DNA of 64,000 bases, from contig OZ024743.1 of assembly GCA_964016885.1 (NCBI GenBank), forward strand, positions 233,058,001 through 233,122,000. The letters run 5' to 3'. A program made the position numbers and the translations under genes. Shown piece after piece: positions 24,692-38,300 of this stretch. The first letter of the stretch is position 1; each line of letters opens with the position of its first letter. Below the pieces are notes generated by a model. It was not told the DNA's origin, made no database searches, and saw only the letters and a program-made list of their open reading frames with translations. This DNA comes from Eledone cirrhosa (taxonomy: Eukaryota).

Positions 24692-25740
24692 CTAGCAGTA
24701 AAGCCCGGCGTTGCTCGGGGTCGCTCAGTAGCTGTGTTAAAGTTACAATGTTAAGTTTCTTTCTTGGCTTAAAAACTGTAGTGTCTACTGTGCAGACTTG
24801 CATGTGGTGTTTTTGATTAATATTCCCTCAACCAACAATATGCCTTATGAAGTTAAGAAAACATAACGATAACCCGAATGTTATAACAAAAGAGGATGCT
24901 GGGGATAGAAACTGCACTGGTTATTTATTAACAAAGATCGAAAATGTAAACACTGCAACGCAGAGAAAAACATTAGCGTAACCAAATTATCAGTTATGTC
25001 TGTCTGCACGCCTATATCACCTCTCTGCACGACTGTCTGTCTGCACGCCTATATCACCTCTCTGCACGACTGTCTGTCTGCACGCCTATATCACCTCTCT
25101 GCACGACTGTCTGTCTGCACGCCTATATCACCTCTCTGCACGACTGTCTGTCTGCACGCGTATATCACCTCTCTGCACGACTGTCTGTCTGCACGACTGT
25201 CTGTCTGCACGACTGTCTGTCTGCACGACTGTCTGTCTGCACGACTGTCTGTCTGCACGACTGTCTGTCTGCACGCCTAACGACGAAATATTTGCTTGTT
25301 TTACGTAGTCTTTAAATAGACTTGTTTTCAAGTAAAAATATTGTTTTAAAATGCTTTTAAATGGAAATGAAGCAAAACGGAAGCTTAGTGTTCGAACTGA
25401 TGAATTTTGCAGGTCAATATTTTGCTGGCTCGACAACTGTTCGTGTATTGTGTTAATGTCATTTTAAACGCTGAGAAAGCCAGCGTAATTTTTTACGTAA
25501 GACGCTCAATGTAAACAGAACAAAGGGAAATAACTGATAACTTACGCTCAAAAATTGATACATTATATTCGATTTCGTCACATAGGGTGGGTCAATTTGA
25601 AATATTTTTTTTCCGATGTCTTCGCTAGAGCTCAATGTACAAGTATAGCAATTTCGGTGCAATTCCGTGAGAGATTCTAAGAGGAGATGTGTGCCAAAAA
25701 TCGATAGACAGACAGACAACCACAGTTTTATATATATAGA
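24692..25740 (-). mobile_element. Non-autonomous Helitron
   Basis: Minus strand begins A|TCTATATATATAAAACTGTGGTTGTCTGTCTGTC and ends with hairpin CCCGAGCAACGCCGGG followed by CTAG|T. Inserted between A and T with no TSD. Confidence 0.88.
24997..25278 (+). repeat. Minisatellite inside the Helitron: 37-bp units followed by 16-bp units
   Basis: About five copies of TGTCTGTCTGCACGCCTATATCACCTCTCTGCACGAC, then about six of CTGTCTGTCTGCACGA. Confidence 0.9.
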
Positions 25741-25744
25741 TAAC

Positions 25745-25790
<46 letters not shown>

Positions 25791-25793
<3 letters not shown>

Positions 25794-25985
25794 CAAAGGA
25801 ATTGTGGTAAGGAACCAGATGGACCATAACGCACTAGAGTACTCAATACTTAGGGTAGTAGAGTGGGAAATAGGAAAAAGTATGACCCCGACGGCATAGC
25901 TCAAGCCGTTTCGACGGCTATTTCTGGACTGAAATAGTCATCGAAACGGCTTGAGCTCTGCCGTCGGGGTCATACTTTTTCCTAT
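25791..25985 (-). mobile_element. Half-hammerhead fold-back element (copy C)
   Basis: Palindrome centred on GACGGCTATTTC TGGACT GAAATAGTCATC, followed by GAAA CGGC TTGAGCTCT GCCG TC GGGGTC. Confidence 0.8.
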
Positions 25986-26021
25986 ATATATATATATATA
26001 TATATATATAGATATATATAA

Positions 26022-26198
26022 CGAAGAATAAAAAAAAGTGTGGTAAGGAACCAGGTGAACCATAACCCACCAGAATACTCGATACTTAGGGTAGTAGAGT
26101 GGATAATAGGAAAAGAATCAGGACCCCGACGACTGAGCTCCGGATCTAGCTGTCGAAACGGCCGGAGCTCAGCCGTCGGGGTCCTGACTCTTTTCCTA
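26022..26198 (-). mobile_element. Half-hammerhead fold-back element (copy D, diverged subfamily)
   Basis: The short arm reads TGTC GAAA CGGC CGGAGCTCA GCCG TC GGGGTCC, flanked by (TA)n. Confidence 0.75.
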
Positions 26199-26474
26199 TA
26201 TATATATATTTATATATATATATACCTCAACGCATTCAGCCTGTAATATACATACATACAAATAGTTTAAGGTATATATAGATGCCATATAACATATGTA
26301 TATATGCAATTATGTATATGACAGGCTGAATGAGTTGGGGTATACATACTAGTGTATATAAATGTATATATTAATAAAGAGACGGCAACAAACAATAAAA
26401 AGACATTAAATAATAAAGAACGAAATATGTTTTGTTTTGTTTGGTTGTCTTGTTTTGTTTTATGCTGCCATACT

Positions 26475-26840
26475 TTGACGCATAGAGTTACAGGCCTTTA
26501 CGTTCTCTGTTCAAATCCCGCCGAGGTTAATTTGCCTTTCATCCTTACAGGGTCGATAAAATAAAGCGCCAGTAATGCACTGGAGTCGATTTAATCGACT
26601 TTCCCCTCCCCTTCAAATTGCTGACCTTGTGCCTAAAGTTGAAACAATTATTATATTGGCAGTATCAGTGAGAACGTCAGATACCATGCTTTGCAGCATA
26701 GAGTTATGGACCTTTACGTTCTGGGTTCAAATCCCGCCGAGGTTAACTTTACCTTTCATCCTTCCGGGGTCGATAAAATAAAGCGCCAGTAATGTACTGG
26801 ATAATTGCTGGCCTTGTGCCAAAAGTAGAAACAATTATTA
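26475..26840 (+). mobile_element. Two tandem SINE family A copies
   Basis: Core and tail motifs at 26475-26652 (long variant) and 26655-26840. Confidence 0.88.
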
Positions 26841-26994
26841 CTACAGCCCTTGCCATATCTTTCTCTTTAAGTTTTTTTTTTATATTTTCTTACTTTACAT
26901 TCCATTCTTTCTTCTCAATCTAAACTTTCTTTTTTCTTTTTGTATTAAATTGTATTTACATGTTATCATCTAGTACAGGTAATTGGTTATAACC

Positions 26995-27900
26995 TCAGTT
27001 GAGGTAGATTTTGGAGAAAATCGAGCACCCTGCTAACTGAACCGAGAAGCCTTGTATATGCAGAATGGAGTAGCAGTAGGGTGAGGTACTTTTGTTAAGA
27101 CGGCAATAATCCCTGCTGGGTCGCCAAGCTCTATTGGGTTTTGGCGCTTCGTGTAGAGGTGAAGACCAGGGACGGTTTGATCGATTAACGATTCCCAAAG
27201 CTTCCATATTGTCAAATTTGACCTTCACAATAGCAAATATGTCTGGTGGTAGACGACATACACAGTTGTGTACTGGAGAATTGGTGGTTGGAATGTAGTG
27301 CTTTACTCTGTGGTGAGTTGTGGATTGGGAAATGTCATGATAATGAGTTTCAGGTAATTCAAAAGGAATTCCGAGAACTCGTTCTTGGTTTCAGAGACGT
27401 TTGATATACGTGCAGATGTTGCCAGAGAAAATGAGGCATATTTACTGCTATTGACGAGTCGTCTCCCCCGATTATCGACCAGCAGCCAGTGAGCCCGAAG
27501 GAAGTCTGCTCCAATGATAAGCTTATGGGTATCAGCGACGGTGAATGTCCATGTATATTACTGTGAGCCTCTGTGGAGGGAGAGAGTATGTTATCTGTAA
27601 GCTTTGATTTTAGAATCATTGGCAGCTGCCACTGACTCCCCCTCTCTATAACGGAGGGCCTTTGCAGATGCCGGGATGACACTGACTTCTACTTCTGTGT
27701 CGATTAAGAATCTGACTGGAGATCTGATCATAGACATACAGGACAGTTGATCATGTTTGCCGACCACGAGGGTGTTTATTGGTGGTTGGTCCTAGAGTTT
27801 CTGCCGGAGTCGATGATGAAGAGATATTGAAGTTACATGGTTACTTGGTATCTTTTGCTTCAAATTTCTTGTGAAAGAAACATATTTCTAAACCTCATTT
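26995..27900 (-). pseudogene. Ty3/Gypsy gag-end, protease and RT-start relic
   Basis: CFFHKKF (gag knuckle-like), FLIDTEVEVSVIP (aspartic protease-like), FDNMEALGIVNRSNRPWSSPLH..WRP..DY.RLN..IFSKI.L. Confidence 0.8.
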
Positions 27901-28184
27901 TTCTTGTGGTTGACCTCGTGTTGTTGATTCTCTCTCATTAGATCCTTTTCTGCTCACACTTTCACACTTCGTATCCCTCTTTACCCCTCTTCCCTTTTTC
28001 CCTCTACTTTTAACCTCTCTTTCCCTATTTCTTTAACCTGCTGTCTTCCCTCCTCTTTTCCATCCTTCCTTCCCTTGATGTTTTTCGTCCCCTTCTTCCA
28101 CTTCTGCCTCTTCCAACCCATTCTTTCCCTACCCCCTTTACTCCACTTCCTACCCTCTTTCTCCCTTTCTTGATTTCACCCACC

Positions 28185-28380
28185 ACTTTACCTACCACTT
28201 TACACACAATAATCATTTTACCTACCATTTTACTCACAATAATTATTTTACCTACCATTACCTACAATAAACATTTTACCAACCACTTTACAAACAATAA
28301 TTATTTTACCCATATAATTATTTTACCTACCACTACCCACAATAATTATTTTACCCACAATTTACCCACAATATTCCTTT
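28185..28380 (+). repeat. About 30-bp minisatellite, left part
   Basis: TTTACCCACAATAATTATTTTACC(C/T)ACCA units. Confidence 0.8.
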
Positions 28381-28384
28381 TTTG

Positions 28385-31300
28385 TATTTCGGGAGGATCC
28401 GTTTTTTATTTGCCGGTCGTTTTTTTTTGGGGGGGGGAGCGTTTTTTTATTTGGGGGAGGTCTGTTTTTTATTTGGGGGGATCCATTTTTTATTTGGGAG
28501 GGGGTCTGTTTTTTATTTGGGGGGATCTATTTTTATTTGGTGGTCCTTTATTTATATTTACGGGGGGATCCATTTTTTATTTGGGGGGCTCCGTTTTTTA
28601 TTTGGGAGGGGGGCGTTTTTTATTCGGGAGGGGGTCTGTTTTTTATTTGGGGGGGATCCATTTTTTATACGGGAGGGGGTCTGTTTTTTATTTGGGGTGA
28701 TCCATTTTTTATTTGGTGGTCCGTTTTTTATTTACGGGGGGATCCGTTTTTCATTGGGGGCTCCGTTTTTTTTGTGGGGGGGGTATTGGGGGGGGCGTTT
28801 TATATTCGGGAAGGGGGTCTGTTTTTATTTGGGGGGGATCTATTTTTATTTGGTGGTCCGTTTTTTATTTGCGGGGGGATCCGTTTTTTATTTGGGGGGC
28901 TCCGTTTTTTTTTTTGGGGGGGGGCGATCCGCTTTTTATTTGGGGGGGTTTAATTGGGGGGGGTGCTCAGTTTTTTATGGGAGGGGCGTTTTTTATTCGG
29001 AAAGCCATGTTTTTTATTTGGAGGGATCCATATTTTATTTGGTGCTCCATTTTTTATTTGCGGGGGGATCCGTTTTTTATTTGGGGGTCCATTTTTTTAT
29101 TTGGGGGTGGGGGTCGTTTTTTTATTTGGGGGGGTGGGCGTTTTTTATTTGGGAGGGGGTCTGTTTTTTATTTGGGGGATCCATTTTTTATTTGGTGGTC
29201 CGTTTTTTATTTGCGGGGGTATCCGTTTTTATTTGGGGTCGGTTTTTTATTTGGGGGAGGGTTCCGTTATCTATTTGGATGATCCGGTTTTTTATTTGGT
29301 GGTCCGTTTTTTATTTACGGGGGGATCCGTTTTTTATTTGGGGGCTCCATTTTTTTGGAGGGAGGGGGTTATTTTCGGGGGGATCCGTTTTTTATTTGGG
29401 GGACTCCGTTTTTTGGGGGGGGGATCCATTTTTTATTTGGGGTACGTTTTTTTATTCGGGGGTCGGTTTTTTATTGGGGGGGGGCCGTTTTTTTATTCGG
29501 GAGTGGGTCTGTATTTTATTTGGGTGGAACCATTTTTTATTTGGTGGTCCGTTTTTTATCTGGGGGGGGGGTCGTTTTTTATTGGGGTGGGGCCTTTTTT
29601 ATTCGGGAGGGGGTCTGTTTTTTATTTGGGGGGATCCATTTTTTATTTGGTGGTCCGTTTTTTATATGCGGGGGGAACCGTTTTTTATTGGGGGGCTCCG
29701 TTTTTTTTTGGGGGGGGGAGAATCCGTTTTTTATTTGCGGGTCCATTTTTTATTTGGGGGGGATCCGTTTTTTATTTGGGGGGGGGGGGTCCGTTATTTA
29801 TTTGGAGGATCCGTTTTTTATTTGGGGGTCCGTTTTTTAATTGGGGGATCAATTTTTTATTTGTTGTCCGATTTTTATTTGCGGGGGATCCGTTTTTTAT
29901 TTGGGGTCGGTTTTTTATTTGGGGGAGGGTTCCGTTATTTATTTGGAGGATCGGGTTTTTTATTTGGGGTCCGTTTTTTATTTGGTGGGGATCCGTTTTT
30001 TATTTGGGGATCCGTTTTTTATTCGGGGCTTCGTTTTTTATTTGGGGGGAACCGTTTTTTATTTCGGGTACGTATTTTATTTGGGAGGCTCCGTTTTTTA
30101 TTTGGGGGTCCATTTTTTATTTGGGGGGATCCATTTTTTATTTGGTGGTGCGTTTTTTTATTACGGGAGATCGGTTTTTTATTTTGGGTAGTCCGTTTTT
30201 TATTTGGGGAGATCCGTTTTTTATTTGGGGGGCCGTTTTTTATTTGGGGTGGATCCGTTTTTTATTTAGGGAGGTTTTTTTTTTATTTGGGGGATCCGTT
30301 TTTTATTTGAGGGAGATCCGTTTTGTTTGCCGGTTCCATTTTTTATTTGGGAGGATCCGTTTTTTATTTGGATGGGATCCGTTTTTTATTTGGAGTCCGT
30401 TTTTTATTTAGGGTGGTCCGTTTTTTATTTGGGGGGGATCCGTTTTTATTGGGGGGGTTATTTGGGGGGATCCGTTTTTTATTTGCCGGCTCCATTTTTT
30501 ATTTGGGGGGTCGGTTTTTTATTGGGGAGCCGTTTTTTATTTGGGAGGATCCGTTTTTTATTTGGGCGTCCGTTTTTTATTTGGGAATCTGTTTTTTATT
30601 TGGGGGACCGTTTTTATTTGGGGGGATCCGTTTTTTAATTGGGGGATCTGTTTTTTATTTGGGGTCCATATTTTATTGGGGGTCCGTTTTTTATTTAGGG
30701 GGTATCCTTTTTTTATTTAGGGGGTATCCTTTTTTTATTTGGGGGGGATCCGTTTTATTTGGCTGTCCGTTTTTTATTGGGGGGGGGCGTTTTTTATTCG
30801 GAATGGGTTCTGTTTTTTATTTGGAGGGGATCCATATTTTATTTGGGGGTCCATTTTTTATTTGGGGGGATCCATTTTTTATTTGGGGGTGCGTTTTTTT
30901 ATTTACGGGGGGATCCGTTTTTTACTTGGGGTGGTCCGTTTTTATTTTGGGGGAGATCCCTTTTTTATTTCCCGGTTCCCTTTTTTATTTAGGTGGGTCC
31001 GTTTTTTATTTGGGGGATCCGTTTTTTATTTGAGGGGCCGTTTTTTATTTGGGGGAACCGTTTTTTATTTGGGGGGATCCGTTTTTTATGGGGGGGGGCG
31101 TTTTTTATTTGGGGGGATCCGCTATTTATTCCGGAGGTCCGTTTCTTATTTGGGGGGAGGTCTGTTTTTTATTTGGGGGGATCCGTTTTTTATTTAGCTG
31201 TCCGTTTTTTATTTGGGGATCCGTTTTCTATTTAGGGGGTATCCTTTTTTATTTGGGGGGGATCCGTTTTTTATTTGGGGGGATCCTTTTTTTATTTTGG

Positions 31301-31410
31301 GGTGATCCGTTTTTTATTTGGGGTCCCTGTTTTATTTGGGGGGATCCGTTTTTTATTTGGCCTCCGTTTTTTATTTTGGGAGGTCCGTTTTTTATTTGGG
31401 GGTCCGTTTT
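28385..31410 (+). repeat. G/T-skewed satellite of about 17-21-bp units, GGGGGATCCGTTTTTTATTT
   Basis: Directly visible over 3 kb, with variable G-run and T-run lengths. Confidence 0.95.
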
Positions 31411-31805
31411 TCTACCATTCCACCCACAATAATTATTTTACCCACCATTTACCCACATTAATCATTTTACCTACCTTTTTACCCACAATAATTATTTAAC
31501 CCACCCTTTACCCACAATAATTATTTTACCCACCACTTTACTCACAATAATCATTTTACCCAATACTTTACCCACAATATTTATTTTACCAACAATTTTA
31601 CCCACAATAATTATTTTACCCACCTTTTTACCCACAAAAATCATTTTACCTACCACTACCCACAATAATTATTATACCCACCACTTTACCCTTAATAATC
31701 ATTTCACCCACCTATTTACCCACATAATCATTTTACCCACAATAATTATTTTACCCACAACTTTACCCACAATAATCATTTTACCCATCTTTTAACCCAC
31801 AATTA
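31411..31805 (+). repeat. About 30-bp minisatellite, right part
   Basis: Same unit as 28185-28380. Confidence 0.85.
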
Positions 31806-31814
31806 TTATTTATT

Positions 31815-32180
31815 ATGTGTCCAGCGATTGTTTACTGAGACATTCTAACCACATGCTCATAATATCTGAGTTGTGATCTCTCAATTCGGAGAGAAGCTCT
31901 ACCAGGAGTGACTCGCTGGCCTGAGTTATGCACTTTATCGAGTAAAGTTACTCCAAAGACCCTTCGGAGGAATCCCATTTCTGCCACTTTTATTTGCAAT
32001 TGTATCCTTTTGGTCATTACTCAAAATTCATGATCCTCAGTAAGAGTTGGCAGGAATACCAGGAAGACAGCGAGTTTGGCTTTTACACTTGACTCCCTTC
32101 ATCTGATTGCTGAATCTGGCGCTTTACTGCATCAGCTTTTGCAATACTTGCACTTAATTCAGCCTCCTGCATTCCATCAC
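31815..32180 (-). pseudogene. RTE-clade LINE RT C-terminal fragment
   Basis: IKVAEMGFLRRVFGVTLLDKVHN..IERSQLRYYEHVVRM. Confidence 0.75.
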
Positions 32181-32234
32181 TAATGAACACGCGCGCACAT
32201 ACACACACAGTCCTATTATCACTCAAGAGCTTTG

Positions 32235-32880
32235 GCCCGGGAAAACATCCCCTCAATTTTGGAAAAGACTTGACGGTCTTACCCTGTGCTCCTGGTCAAG
32301 AGGCAGGTGCCTTACCTGGGACGTCACAGTTAGTGACTCTTTTGCTTCTTCCCACATTCTGGATGCAGCGGTAAGGGCGAGAGCTACAGCACCCGCAGCT
32401 GAACGTAACAAAATCCTAAAATACCGTGTTCTGTCAGCTAACTACATTATCCAGCCTGTGGCGTTCGAGACGTTTGGGGGAGTCGGGCTACTGACAGCGA
32501 GATTCTTATCTTCATTGGCGGCTCGCCAAACAGAGGTAACTAGTGATGCTCGTGAGGGCACTTGGTTGTTCCAGCACCTCAGCCTCGCCATCACCCCAGG
32601 TAACGCTGCGAGCGTGCTGGCCTGCCCGCAAAATTATTAGAGAGGTTTCCCAGTGTTCCTCGCTATATTGCTATCTTTTGCTCTGGTAGCGGCCCCTTTT
32701 TTCTTCCACTCTTTCGCCTGCATATTGTTTTGTGGCCTAAGATGTGTGTATTACCTGCTTGTGTATTTTTTATCTTTCTTTCTTTCTTTTCCCTATCCTT
32801 TGTATATATTATATTTGTTAGTGTTTTCGTTCTGTAACCATTATATTAAATGAGTTTTTAAAAAAAGAGTTAATAAATAA
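32235..32880 (+). mobile_element. CRE-like non-LTR 3' end (restriction-like endonuclease domain plus 3'UTR)
   Basis: WDVTVSDS..AAERNKILKY..QPVAFETFGGVG..FLSSL..WLFQHLSLAI..GNAASV. Confidence 0.7.
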
Positions 32881-33079
32881 ATAAAACGTTATACTTGTTT
32901 TACCCTCCCATTTCCAATTAAACCGAACGCTATCATCACTGCATGTGTGTGTTTGTGTAAATGTATATGTGTGAATGTATGTATGTGTATTTGTGTGAAT
33001 TATGTCCGTGAGTGTGTATTTTTATAAGTTTGTGCTTGCGCGATTATAGTTATATACTCATAATAGTTATATACTCAGA

Positions 33080-33830
33080 GCAGAGAGTTAAGGCGAAAAA
33101 GATATCGGATGCTGAATTTGCCGACGACATAGTTTTGGTGACAAACACAGTGAAGGAAGCAGAGAATTTGATGCAGGAAGTTGAGACTGTGTTGATGACT
33201 GTAGGGCTGAGAATGAATGAGACTAAGACAAAATATCTGGTAGAGAATGTTGAGAAGCCAGAGGGGATTACTAATGTAGGCGGGAATCCGCTAGAATTAG
33301 TTGAGGACTTCCTGTATTTGGGAGATTGGGAATACGGAAGATCATGTGGTTGAGAGGAAGAGCAAAGCCTGGGCGGCGTGCCACAGCTTGAGATCGGTGT
33401 AGAAGTCGGACCTTCGTAAAGACCTGAAAATCCGCCTCTTCATTGCTCTAGTGGAGTCTGTGCTGCTGTACGGGTCTGAGACTTGGACACTTACCAAGAA
33501 ACTCATTCAGATGCTGAGGTTGGCTCTGAACATTAATCAGTATACACTGAGGATGAAAAACTCAGAGCTGTATGGAAGCCTCCTAAAAGTCAGCTCAAAA
33601 GTGACACAGAGGAGACTGAGGTTGGCTGGACATGCTCACCGACATCCAGAGTTGACACTGCACTCAGTGCTCCTGTGGGAGCCCCTGCATAGACACACTG
33701 GAAGAGGAAGACCAAGGTTAACGTATGATGATGCCCTAAGGACAGACACTGGTCTGTTGGAGACGCAGGATATGGCAGCGATAATGAGGGACAGAGACCG
33801 TTGGAGAGAACTCGTCCATGGATCTCGGGA
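33080..33830 (+). pseudogene. RTE-clade LINE 3' fragment
   Basis: FADDIVL, GLRMNETKTKY, VEDFLYLG, ESVLLYGSETWTL, RRLRLAGH, GRGRPRLTY, RDRDRWR. Confidence 0.85.
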
Positions 33831-33889
33831 ATTTACGAAATTATTTATGTTTACGAAATTTAGTATATAAATTATGTAATATTCATTCG

Positions 33890-34072
33890 ATTGGCAGTAT
33901 CGGTAGAGGGTCGGACGCCATGCTTTGCAGCACAGTTACGTCCCTTTAAGGACTGAGTTCAAATCCCGCTGAAGTTAACTTTACCTTTCATCCTTACGGG
34001 GTCGATAAAATAAAGTACCAGTAATACACTGGGATAATTGCTAGCCTTGTGCCAAAAGTAGAAACAATTATT
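33890..34072 (+). mobile_element. SINE family A
   Basis: A/B boxes, core and tail present. Confidence 0.88.
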
Positions 34073-34179
34073 TATTCCAAGTAATCCAATTTATTTTACT
34101 AACTGGATTAAAAGAAATAAACCGTACGCAGTCCCGCAGACCTTCCTTTATTATAGTTTAGATGTTATCTCGTTTACAT

Positions 34180-34520
34180 TCCCACCACCATTATCACAAC
34201 AACAACAACAACAAAAACAACAACAACGATGACGGCAACAACATCAACGACGACGACAACAAGAACGACAACAACAATCACGACAACGGCAAAAAGAACA
34301 ACAACGATGACGACGGCAACAGCAGCACCATCACCACCACCAATATTACCACCATCATCACGACAACGACCACCACTATCACCACCACCATCATCACCAC
34401 AACTACCACCACCACCAATGTGATCACCACCATAACCACAACTACCACAGACAACAATAACAACCACCACCACCACCACCACCACCACCACAACAACAAC
34501 AACAACCACCAACAACCACC

Positions 34521-34551
<31 letters not shown>

Positions 34552-34554
34552 CCA

Positions 34555-34587
<33 letters not shown>

Positions 34588-34610
34588 CCCACCAAAACCA
34601 CTCCAAACAG
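34180..34610. repeat. AAC/ACC/ACT trinucleotide block
   Basis: Directly visible. Confidence 0.9.
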
Positions 34611-35221
34611 ATATTATCAAGCAAATTCAATATGGATGATATGTGTATTGTTTGGCGAGAAAACAACTAGATGTATTTCAACAAACAATACGAAAGGGTT
34701 TTAATCTTTGTTGGAATGGCCTCGGGCAGAAAAGAACCCAGATTGGTACCTATTTTATCGGAGAAACTGGAGTGGTTTGAAAAGTACCCCGTTAAGGAGC
34801 TCTACATCTTGAGGTTTTCTTTATATGTATGCATGAACGTATGTATGTATGTGGGTAGGTATGCATGTATATCTTTAATATATATGTATATGCTTGCATA
34901 CACACATATATGTATATGCTTACATACACACATATATGTATATACACATATATGTATACACACATATATGTATATGCTTACATGCACACATATATGTATA
35001 TGCTTACATGCACACATACATATATATGCTTACATACATACATATATATGCTTACATACATACATATATATGCTTACATACATACATATATATGCTTACA
35101 TACATACATATGCTTACATACATACATACGCTTACATACATACATACATATATATATATTACACACACACGCGCGCACATATGATTGTGGTTGTATGTTA
35201 TGTATATACTATATTCTCCCA

Positions 35222-35259
<38 letters not shown>

Positions 35260-35304
35260 ATTGCCTGTGTGCGTATGAGTGCGTGTGTGCGCGAACAATT
35301 ACCA

Positions 35305-38300
35305 ATATAGATAGATAGATAGATATATTTCTTTATTAGCCACAGGGGCACAAAAGAAGGGGACAAATACAAAGGGGGAAGTTTACATACAATAAAAACG
35401 TGTAAAATGTTATCACAGATGGAATTTAAAAGTTAGTCGATTTTCCCCAATAGAGGGAGACAGTTTATATGGGTAACACAGACCCCCGAAAAAAATGTGC
35501 AACCCTCATCTCCAGGAGTACGAAGAGTTTGTACTCCTTTCCTCTCTTCCTCTTTTTCCTCAACCTACAGGCTGATATAGAGAGATGGCCCATTCACTCG
35601 GCCAATTCTCGCCACTTTCACCCACCTTTCATAAAACTTTCTGGGGTACGGCACCTCTCTCTCCATCCTGACTCTTCTTCCAAAGTGGTATTTGAAAAAA
35701 AGAATCAGTTGTTGGTCGGAGAGAAAGGTGTCTGACCTCAGCCCTTTCAACCTTGTCCACCATACAACCTCTTTCGCCATAGCTATCACACAAAGGCAAA
35801 CCGACTCTCCTTCGTTTTTGAAGGAGGGTGGTGGTTTGATCATGACAATGGACTCGGTGGTCAACTGGATTGGTCCCATCCGCGACAATAGTCGTTCTAC
35901 ATAGCCCCACAGGTCGGTAACGCCCGGGCAGTGTATGAATGCGTGCGCGACGGTTTCTTCGTCTCGCACGCATCTCGGACAGATCTTTTTCGAAGGGTCC
36001 CTGCCCGGGCGCCCATGTCTGTAAAGCTTGTCACGAACTGGTAGAGCTCCTCAGTAGCACTGCCAGGCCAGGGACTTTTGGAAGTTGTCCATCCGTCCCG
36101 GGTGGAAGGTCCTACCGAACAGACTAGACAGTTCGTCTTCCTCCACGCCTAGAGTTTCTCCGAGCGTGTCGTCGCACTTGCTGCGGATCAACTCTCTATA
36201 GAATGATGAAGTGGAGTCTCCAATGATCGCCGGGTCCGCCTGCCAGAGGGTTGTGAGCGCCTGAGCACATTCGATGTGCCAGTCGCCCATTTTCCTCGGT
36301 CTTTGCTTGACCCAGGACTGCAGCTCTGTCAGCGAGACGAGTCGTGGGAAGGCTCGCCTCACGAACGGGGCCCATTCCGGTGAGGAATACGTATAGATGC
36401 CGCAGCCTGAGCGCGTGTTTATGCATCATCAGCCACGGCTTCCCCAGCCCTCCGTTGGAAGGGTGTTGGCAGCAGATGGATCTTCTCATCAAAGGAGCCC
36501 GCTTCTTCCAAAGGAATTGGAAGAGCGCGCGCTCCATCTTGGTGAGCGTTTTGGCTGGACAAGGCACGATGGTCAAGCGGTAGTAGATTACGAACGCTAT
36601 AAAAGTGTTCGCCACCTCCGCTCGACCTTTCAAGGATAGTTTGCACTCGGCCCACTTCTGGATGAGTGCAAACACCTTGGCTGTCACCTCGTTCCAGTTC
36701 TTCTCCACCTGGAGGTCCTGACCAAACCAGACCCCGAGTAGCTTCACCGGTCCTGCCGTCCAGCGTCCGACGACGCCATCGGAAGGCATCGGTTTGCCTT
36801 TCAACGATCCGAGTTGTAAACCGATGGACTTGTCCCGGTTCAGCTTAGCTCCTGTGAACCTTTCGTATTCCTTCAGTAAGGTGCCGACTTCCTCGATTTG
36901 CGAGGTACTCGACACCATTACTGTTACTCGTCAGCGTAGGCCGACGCCGCTTTGCGCAGTCCCGGTTCTAGAGGGATGCCCTGCAATAGCTCCAACTTCC
37001 GCAGTAGTGGCTCCAGAGTCAGTACGTACAGAAGGGAGGAGAGAGGGCATCCCTGTCGGATGGATCGCGTGATATGGAACGGCTCCGAGAGGTAGCCGTT
37101 CACCTTAACCCTTGAGCACATGTTGCTGTTGTGCATTGCAGCAATCCAGCCCCTGAACACGGGTCCGAAGCCTGCCGCCTCGAGCACCGCATCCAGGTAA
37201 CGATGGTCAACCCTATCGAAAGCCTTAGACTGATCCAAGTTGATCAGGGCCCCACCGATGCCGGATATACACCCTACCCTCTCTACGAAGTATCGCATGA
37301 GGTGGAAGTTGTCGTGTATGGACTTGATCGGGATTGCCCATGTCTGCGCTTCTCCAACCAGGTTTTCGACGACAAGTGCCAGCCTCTTTGCCAACACCTT
37401 GGCCAAAATCTGTAACTCTGTGTTTAGCAGAGTTATGGGCCGGAAGTTGCCTATGTCATTCCCCTTATTCTCGTCCTTCCTGACTAGTATGACTACGCCC
37501 CTGGTCACAGAACTAGGAATTCTCCCGTTCTGCTGCCAGTTGCAATAGACCGCTTCCAGGAGACCGGAGAACAAGTCCGGCATTGCTACGTAAAATTCGT
37601 AGGGTAGATCGTCGAGACCTGGAGATTTGCGTTTGCCGCATTGGCTCAGCACGTCCCCTATCTCAGCGGCTGAAATCGGCCTTTCGCAGAACTTCGCCTC
37701 GCTGTCCGAGAGTCGCGGTAGGCCGTCGAGGTATGGACCGAAATCCATAGCCCTTCCCGGCGTCCGCCCTGCCCGAACAGCTGAGCAAAGTGCCGCTGAA
37801 AGGCTGCGCATATCTGCTTCGGCTCACGTATCACGCGTCCGTCTTTGTCCTTCAAAGACCGAATCGTGGACTTGTTGCCACTTATCGCCTCCGTCACCCG
37901 GGCCCAGCTAACAGCTTTGGCTCCCTCGTTACCCAGAGCACGTATTTTGCTTCTGACATCTCAGCCCTCGTGCTTTGCTTCGGAGAACTGGTCCAAATAC
38001 GTTCTCGTTCTTAGCACGCTGGCTACGTTGCCACTTCTAATTGCCTCTTCTACTTTATCTACTAGTTCCTTCTCGGTCCTATTTCTATCTAACGCTAATT
38101 ATTTACTAAAAACTAACGAGTCTAATCTAACTTCCCTCTTGAGAGAGTACCACCATCTGTTGTTGACAATGGACCCTGTCAAGTGCTGTTTAACTAAAAT
38201 GCTAATCCACTTACTGTAAGCTTTGTTTGTCGGTAAGGACAAGTTTAGCTTCCAGTAACCGAGTCCTTGTCTATGTGTTCTATCAAAGTTGACCACTCCG

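Noticed and set aside
24997-25278. CRISPR-like 37-bp repeats
   Set aside because: Head-to-tail units with no unique spacers, no cas genes and a eukaryotic context.
28382-31499. G/F-rich ORFs up to 642 aa
   Set aside because: They are open in all three plus frames only because the satellite rarely forms stops; there is no coding signature.
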